DNA of 64,000 nucleotides. It comes from Eledone cirrhosa. Taxonomy: Eukaryota. The notes under the pieces were generated by a model. It was not told the DNA's origin. It saw only the letters and a list, made by a program, of their open reading frames with translations, and searched no databases. The number at the start of each line of letters is the position of its first letter. Positions within the stretch are counted from its first letter, which is position 1. The stretch is from assembly GCA_964016885.1 (NCBI GenBank), contig CAXHJY010001758.1, positions 20,001 to 84,000 of the forward strand. Direction: 5' to 3'. The position numbers were made by a program, and so were the translations under genes. Below, piece after piece: positions 55,801 through 64,000 of this stretch.

Positions 55801-56370
55801 GAGTGTCTGCACATGTACCAGTAATTACAGATCGATCCGACCACGGGCGGCCGGCCCGCGATTGAAAAGGTAACTCCGCCGGCAAATCGTCATTTTTGGA
55901 TTCGTTTTCTTCGAAGCACACCATTCGCCGGCGGACTTTGTTGACGTTTAACACGGTTTGGTTCCACAGCCACAACTATTGAATTTACGGAGATATCTTG
56001 CTGAAATTCACGCCACACATAGCCAATGAGTGTCTGCATATGTACCAGTAATTACAGATCGATCCGACCACGGGCGGCCGGCCCGCGATTGAAAAGGTAA
56101 CTCCGCCGGCAAATCGTCATTTTTGGATTCGTTTTCTTCGAAGCACACCATTCGCCGGCGGACTTTGTTGACGTTTAACACGGTTTGGTTCCACAGCCAC
56201 AACTATTGATTTTACGGAGATATCTTGCTGAAATTCACGCCACACATAGCCAATGAGTGTCTGCACATGTACCAGTAATTACAGATCGATCCGACCACGG
56301 GCGGCCGGCCCGCGATTGAAAAGGTAACTCCGCCGGCAAATCGTCATTTTTGGATTCGTTTTCTTCGAAG
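37750..56370. repeat. Block of about 24 monomers (about 37750-43200) copied at about 50916-56370; offset 13166 bp = 58 monomers
   Basis: Rare markers recur in the same order at the same offset: AAGCTAAC at 39072/52238, DI units at 41934/55100, TY units at 42842/56008 and GAAAC at 37756/50922. Confidence 0.85.
40345..48970. repeat. Three tandem copies of a 13/12/13-monomer higher-order repeat
   Basis: Copies start at 40345, 43296 and 46020. DI units lie at 41934, 44885 and 47609, and TY units at 42842, 45566 and 48517. The middle copy lacks one monomer. Confidence 0.85.
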
Positions 56371-59300
56371 CACACCATTCGCCGGCGGACTTTGTTGACG
56401 TTTAACACGGTTTGGTTCCACAGCCACAACTATTGAATTTACGGAGATATCTTGCTGAAATTCACGCCACACATAGCCAATGAGTGTCTGCACATGTACC
56501 AGTAATTACAGATCGATCCGACCACGGGCGGCCGGCCCGCGATTGAAAAGGTAACTCCGCCGGCAAATCGTCATTTTTGGATTCGTTTTCTTCGAAGCAC
56601 ACCATTCGCCGGCGGACTTTGTTGACGTTTAACACGGTTTGGTTCCACAGCCACAACTATTGATGTTACGGAGATATCTTGCTGGAATTCACGCCGCACA
56701 TAGCCAATGAGTGTCTGCACATGTACCAGTAATTACAGATCGATCCGACCACGGGCGGCCGGCCCGCGATTTTAAAGGTAACTCCGCCGGCAAATCGTCA
56801 TTTTTGGATTCGTTTTCTTCGAAGCACACCATTCGCCGGCGGACTTTGTTGACGTTTAACACGGTTTGGTTCCACAGCCACAACTATTGATTCTACGGAG
56901 ATATCTTGCTGAAATTCACGCCGCACATAGCCAATGAGTGTCTGCACATGTACCAGTAATTACAGATCGATCCGACCACGGGCGGCCGGCCCGCGATTGA
57001 AAAGGTAACTCCGCCGGCAAATCGTCATTTTTGGATTCGTTTTCTTCGAAACACACCATTCGCCGGCGGACTTTGTTGACGTTTAACACGGTTTGGTTCC
57101 ACAGCCACAACTATTGATGTTACGGAGATATCTTGCTGGAATTCACGCCGCACATAGCCAATGAGTGTCTACACATGTACCAGTAATTACAGATCGATCC
57201 GACCACGGGCGGCCGGCCCGCGATTTTAAAGGTAACTCCGCCGGCAAATCGTCATTTTTGGATTCGTTTTCTTCGAAGCACACCATTCGCCGGCGGACTT
57301 TGTTGACGTTTAACACGGTTTGGTTCCACAGCCACAACTATTGATTTTACGGAGATATCTTGCTGAAATTCACGCCACACATAGCCAATGAGTGTCTGCA
57401 CATGTACCAGTAATTACAGATCGATCCGACCACGGGCGGCCGGCCCGCGATTGAAAAGGTAACTCCGCCGGCAAATCGTCATTTTTGGATTCGTTTTCTT
57501 CGAAGCACACCATTCGCCGGCGGACTTTGTTGACGTTTAACACGGTTTGGTTCCACAGCCACAACTATTGATTTTACGGAGATATCTTGCTGAAATTCAC
57601 GCCGCACATAGCCAATGAGTGTCTGCACATGTACCAGTAATTACAGATCGATCCGACCACGGGCGGCCGGCCCGCGATTGAAAAGGTAACTCCGCCGGCA
57701 AATCGTCATTTTGGGATTCGTTTTCTTCGAAGCACACCATTCGCCGGCGGACTTTGTTGACGTTTAACACGGTTTGGTTCCACAGCCACAACTATTGAAT
57801 TTACGGAGATATCTTGCTGAAATTCACGCCACACATAGCCAATGAGTGTCTGCACATGTACCAGTAATTACAGATCGATCCGACCACGGGCGGCCGGCCC
57901 GCGATTGAAAAGGTAACTCCGCCGGCAAATCGTCATTTTTGGATTCGTTTTCTTCGAAGCACACCATTCGCCGGCGGACTTTGTTGACGTTTAACACGGT
58001 TTGGTTCCACAGCCACAACTATTGATGTTACGGAGATATCTTGCTGGAATTCACGCCGCACATAGCCAATGAGTGTCTGCACATGTACCAGTAATTACAG
58101 ATCGATCCGACCACGGGCGGCCGGCCCGCGATTTTAAAGGTAACTCCGCCGGCAAATCGTCATTTTTGGATTCGTTTTCTTCGAAGCACACCATTCGCCG
58201 GCGGACTTTGTTGACGTTTAACACGGTTTGGTTCCACAGCCACAACTATTGATTCTACGGAGATATCTTGCTGAAATTCACGCCGCACATAGCCAATGAG
58301 TGTCTGCACATGTACCAGTAATTACAGATCGATCCGACCACGGGCGGCCGGCCCGCGATTGAAAAGGTAACTCCGCCGGCAAATCGTCATTTTTGGATTC
58401 GTTTTCTTCGAAGCACACCATTCGCCGGCGGACTTTGTTGACGTTTAACACGGTTTGGTTCCACAGCCACAACTATTGAATTTACGGAGATATCTTGCTG
58501 AAATTCACGCCACACATAGCCAATGAGTGTCTGCACATGTACCAGTAATTACAGATCGATCCGACCACGGGCGGCCGGCCCGCGATTGAAAAGGTAACTC
58601 CGCCGGCAAATCGTCATTTTTGGATTCGTTTTCTTCGAAGCACACCATTCGCCGGCGGACTTTGTTGACGTTTAACACGGTTTGGTTCCACAGCCACAAC
58701 TATTGATGTTACGGAGATATCTTGCTGGAATTCACGCCGCACATAGCCAATGAGTGTCTGCACATGTACCAGTAATTACAGATCGATCCGACCACGGGCG
58801 GCCGGCCCGCGATTTTAAAGGTAACTCCGCCGGCAAATCGTCATTTTTGGATTCGTTTTCTTCGAAGCACACCATTCGCCGGCGGACTTTGTTGACGTTT
58901 AACACGGTTTGGTTCCACAGCCACAACTATTGAATTTACGGAGATATCTTGCTGAAATTCACGCCACACATAGCCAATGAGTGTCTGCACATGTACCAGT
59001 AATTACAGATCGATCCGACCACGGGCGGCCGGCCCGCGATTGAAAAGGTAACTCCGCCGGCAAATCGTCATTTTTGGATTCGTTTTCTTCGAAGCACACC
59101 ATTCGCCGGCGGACTTTGTTGACGTTTAACACGGTTTGGTTCCACAGCCACAACTATTGAATTTACGGAGATATCTTGCTGAAATTCACGCCACACATAG
59201 CCAATGAGTGTCTGCACATGTACCAGTAATTACAGATCGATCCGACCACGGGCGGCCGGCCCGCGATTGAAAAGGTAACTCCGCCGGCAAATCGTCATTT

Positions 59301-62300
59301 TTGGATTCGTTTTCTTCGAAGCACACCATTCGCCGGCGGACTTTGTTGACGTTTAACACGGTTTGGTTCCACAGCCACAACTATTGATTTTACGGAGATA
59401 TCTTGCTGAAATTCACGCCGCACATAGCCAATGAGTGTCTGCACATGTACCAGTAATTACAGATCGATCCGACCACGGGCGGCCGGCCCGCGATTGAAAA
59501 GGTAACTCCGCCGGCAAATCGTCATTTTTGGATTCGTTTTCTTCGAAGCACACCATTCGCCGGCGGACTTTGTTGACGTTTAACACGGTTTGGTTCCACA
59601 GCCACAACTATTGAATTTACGGAGATATCTTGCTGAAATTCACGCCACACATAGCCAATGAGTGTCTGCACATGTACCAGTAATTACAGATCGATCCGAC
59701 CACGGGCGGCCGGCCCGCGATTGAAAAGCTAACTCCGCCGGCAAATCGTCATTTTTGGATTCGTTTTCTTCGAAGCACACCATTCGCCGGCGGACTTTGT
59801 TGACGTTTAACACGGTTTGGTTCCACAGCCACAACTATTGATGTTACGGAGATATCTTGCTGGAATTCACGCCGCACATAGCCAATGAGTGTCTGCACAT
59901 GTACCAGTAATTACAGATCGATCCGACCACGGGCGGCCGGCCCGCGATTTTAAAGGTAACTCCGCCGGCAAATCGTCATTTTTGGATTCGTTTTCTTCGA
60001 AGCACACCATTCGCCGGCGGACTTTGTTGACGTTTAACACGGTTTGGTTCCACAGCCACAACTATTGATTTTACGGAGATATCTTGCTGAAATTCACGCC
60101 GCACATAGCCAATGAGTGTCTGCACATGTACCAGTAATTACAGATCGATCCGACCACGGGCGGCCGGCCCGCGATTGAAAAGGTAACTCCGCCGGCAAAT
60201 CGTCATTTTTGGATTCGTTTTCTTCGAAGCACACCATTCGCCGGCGGACTTTGTTGACGTTTAACACGGTTTGGTTCCACAGCCACAACTATTGAATTTA
60301 CGGAGATATCTTGCTGAAATTCACGCCACACATAGCCAATGAGTGTCTGCACATGTACCAGTAATTACAGATCGATCCGACCACGGGCGGCCGGCCCGCG
60401 ATTGAAAAGGTAACTCCGCCGGCAAATCGTCATTTTTGGATTCGTTTTCTTCGAAGCACACCATTCGCCGGCGGACTTTGTTGACGTTTAACACGGTTTG
60501 GTTCCACAGCCACAACTATTTAATTTACGGAGATATCTTGCTGAAATTCACGCCACACATAGCCAATGAGTGTCTGCACATGTACCAGTAATTACAGATC
60601 GATCCGACCACGGGCGGCCGGCCCGCGATTGAAAAGGTAACTCCGCCGGCAAATCGTCATTTTTGGATTCGTTTTCTTCGAAGCACACCATTCGCCGGCG
60701 GACTTTGTTGACGTTTAACACGGTTTGGTTCCACAGCCACAACTATTGATGTTACGGAGATATCTTGCTGGAATTCACGCCGCACATAGCCAATGAGTGT
60801 CTGCACATGTACCAGTAATTACAGATCGATCCGACCACGGGCGGCCGGCCCGCGATTTTAAAGGTAACTCCGCCGGCAAATCGTCATTTTTGGATTCGTT
60901 TTCTTCGAAGCACACCATTCGCCGGCGGACTTTGTTGACGTTTAACACGGTTTGGTTCCACAGCCACAACTATTGATTTTACGGAGATATCTTGCTGAAA
61001 TTCACGCCGCACATAGCCAATGAGTGTCTGCACATGTACCAGTAATTACAGATCGATCCGACCACGGGCGGCCGGCCCGCGATTGAAAAGGTAACTCCGC
61101 CGGCAAATCGTCATTTTTGGATTCGTTTTCTTCGAAGCACACCATTCGCCGGCGGACTTTGTTGACGTTTAACACGGTTTGGTTCCACAGCCACAACTAT
61201 TGAATTTACGGAGATATCTTGCTGAAATTCACGCCACACATAGCCAATGAGTGTCTGCACATGTACCAGTAATTACAGATCGATCCGACCACGGGCGGCC
61301 GGCCCGCGATTGAAAAGGTAACTCCGCCGGCAAATCGTCATTTTTGGATTCGTTTTCTTCGAAACACACCATTCGCCGGCGGACTTTGTTGACGTTTAAC
61401 ACGGTTTGGTTCCACAGCCACAACTATTGATGTTACGGAGATATCTTGCTGGAATTCACGCCGCACATAGCCAATGAGTGTCTACACATGTACCAGTAAT
61501 TACAGATCGATCCGACCACGGGCGGCCGGCCCGCGATTTTAAAGGTAACTCCGCCGGCAAATCGTCATTTTTGGATTCGTTTTCTTCGAAGCACACCATT
61601 CGCCGGCGGACTTTGTTGACGTTTAACACGGTTTGGTTCCACAGCCACAACTATTGATTTTACGGAGATATCTTGCTGAAATTCACGCCGCACATAGCCA
61701 ATGAGTGTCTGCACATGTACCAGTAATTACAGATCGATCCGACCACGGGCGGCCGGCCCGCGATTGAAAAGGTAACTCCGCCGGCAAATCGTCATTTTTG
61801 GATTCGTTTTCTTCGAAGCACACCATTCGCCGGCGGACTTTGTTGACGTTTAACACGGTTTGGTTCCACAGCCACAACTATTGATTTTACGGAGATATCT
61901 TGCTGAAATTCACGCCACACATAGCCAATGAGTGTCTGCACATGTACCAGTAATTACAGATCGATCCGACCACGGGCGGCCGGCCCGCGATTGAAAAGGT
62001 AACTCCGCCGGCAAATCGTCATTTTTGGATTCGTTTTCTTCGAAGCACACCATTCGCCGGCGGACTTTGTTGACGTTTAACACGGTTTGGTTCCACAGCC
62101 ACAACTATTGATTTTACGGAGATATCTTGCTGAAATTCACGCCGCACATAGCCAATGAGTGTCTGCACATGTACCAGTAATTACAGATCGATCCGACCAC
62201 GGGCGGCCGGCCCGCGATTGAAAAGGTAACTCCGCCGGCAAATCGTCATTTTTGGATTCGTTTTCTTCGAAGCACACCATTCGCCGGCGGACTTTGTTGA

Positions 62301-64000
62301 CGTTTAACACGGTTTGGTTCCACAGCCACAACTATTGAATTTACGGAGATATCTTGCTGAAATTCACGCCACACATAGCCAATGAGTGTCTGCACATGTA
62401 CCAGTAATTACAGATCGATCCGACCACGGGCGGCCGGCCCGCGATTGAAAAGGTAACGCCGCCGGCAAATCGTCATTTTTGGATTCGTTTTCTTCGAAAC
62501 ACACCATTCGCCGGCGGACTTTGTTGACGTTTAACACGGTTTGGTTCCACAGCCACAACTATTGATGTTACGGAGATATCTTGCTGGAATTCACGCCGCA
62601 CATAGCCAATGAGTGTCTACACATGTACCAGTAATTACAGATCGATCCGACCACGGGCGGCCGGCCCGCGATTTTAAAGGTAACTCCGCCGGCAAATCGT
62701 CATTTTTGGATTCGTTTTCTTCGAAGCACACCATTCGCCGGCGGACTTTGTTGACGTTTAACACGGTTTGGTTCCACAGCCACAACTATTGATTTTACGG
62801 AGATATCTTGCTGAAATTCACGCCGCACATAGCCAATGAGTGTCTGCACATGTACCAGTAATTACAGATCGATCCGACCACGGGCGGCCGGCCCGCGATT
62901 GAAAAGGTAACTCCGCCGGCAAATCGTCATTTTTGGATTCGTTTTCTTCGAAGCACACCATTCGCCGGCGGACTTTGTTGACGTTTAACACTGTTTGGTT
63001 CCACAGCCACAACTATTGAATTTACGGAGATATCTTGCTGAAATTCACGCCACACATAGCCAATGAGTGTCTGCACATGTACCAGTAATTACAGATCGAT
63101 CCGACCACGGGCGGCCGGCCCGCGATTGAAAAGGTAACTCCGCCGGCAAATCGTCATTTTTGGATTCGTTTTCTTCGAAACACACCATTCGCCGGCGGAC
63201 TTTGTTGACGTTTAACACGGTTTGGTTCCACAGCCACAACTATTGATGTTACGGAGATATCTTGCTGGAATTCACGCCGCACATAGCCAATGAGTGTCTA
63301 CACATGTACCAGTAATTACAGATCGATCCGACCACGGGCGGCCGGCCCGCGATTTTAAAGGTAACTCCGCCGGCAAATCGTAATTTTTGGATTCGTTTTC
63401 TTCGAAGCACACCATTCGCCGGCGGACTTTGTTGACGTTTAACACGGTTTGGTTCCACAGCCACAACTATTGATTTTACGGAGATATCTTGCTGAAATTC
63501 ACGCCGCACATAGCCAATGAGTGTCTGCACATGTACCAGTAATTACAGATCGATCCGACCACGGGCGGCCGGCCCGCGATTGAAAAGGTAACTCCGCCGG
63601 CAAATCGTCATTTTTGGATTCGTTTTCTTCGAAGCACACCATTCGCCGGCGGACTTTGTTGACGTTTAACACGGTTTGGTTCCACAGCCACAACTATTGA
63701 ATTTACGGAGATATCTTGCTGAAATTCACGCCACACATAGCCAATGAGTGTCTGCACATGTACCAGTAATTACAGATCGATCCGACCACGGGCGGCCGGC
63801 CCGCGATTGAAAAGGTAACTCCGCCGGCAAATCGTCATTTTTGGATTCGTTTTCTTCGAAACACACCATTCGCCGGCGGACTTTGTTGACGTTTAACACG
63901 GTTTGGTTCCACAGCCACAACTATTGATGTTACGGAGATATCTTGCTGGAATTCACGCCGCACATAGCCAATGAGTGTCTACACATGTACCAGTAATTAC

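Larger units (their letters stand above)
1..64000. repeat. Tandem satellite DNA array, 227-bp monomer, about 282 copies, head-to-tail; appears to continue past both window edges
   Basis: CACGGGCGGCCGGCCCGCGA starts at 1 and recurs at 228, 455 and onward. The ORF track repeats every 227 bp across the window except for one 226-bp step (20370 to 20596). No non-repeat sequence was seen. Confidence 0.99.

Noticed and set aside
63249-63530. 93-aa minus-strand ORF
   Set aside because: It arises from a single private substitution (63382) that removes a stop in another frame of the repeat, so it is a chance read-through.
167-63920. About 281 copies of a 64-aa minus-strand ORF (MWLWNQTVLNV...)
   Set aside because: It starts at TTG, has no recognisable domain and is simply the repeat read in one frame. 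Variants within it are mostly amino-acid-changing (about 15 against about 4 silent by my count), as expected without coding constraint. Staying open is unsurprising with so few mutations.
1-64000. CRISPR array
   Set aside because: There are no unique spacers. The entire 227-bp unit is repeated and no cas genes are present.
1-64000. Pure artefact (rolling-circle concatemer or collapsed assembly)
   Set aside because: Variants form linked, position-restricted haplotypes and nested duplications with almost no random indels, which is unlike read noise or copies of a single circle. Exact copy numbers still need read validation.

Overview
The whole 64 kb window is one uninterrupted head-to-tail tandem array of a 227-bp monomer (about 282 copies, all in one orientation). 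Monomers differ at only a few positions, and I saw one indel, a 1-bp deletion at 20579/20580. There is no unique sequence, no transposon insertion and no credible protein gene. The roughly 280 '64 aa ORFs' are the same TTG-started reading of the repeat. The best description is a young, highly homogenised satellite DNA array, possibly centromeric or pericentromeric; the organism cannot be determined from this window. About 24 variant positions act as barcodes. They reveal a loose trimer (681 bp) sub-period, nested tandem duplications of 4, 7, 9, 10 and 12-13 monomers, two non-adjacent block copies (offsets of 24 and 58 monomers), and variant-defined subdomains. The monomer is about 49% GC with no CpG depletion, carries six perfect 8-bp palindromes and a 13-bp inverted repeat, and several variants make local palindromes more perfect. 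On the + strand each unit also shows a donor, branch point and acceptor in correct order, framing a 100-nt intron-like segment that contains a hairpin of about 65 nt, plus CCAAT and GC-box motifs. That the array is a transcribed or spliced non-coding RNA gene array is only a hypothesis. All counts were made by eye.
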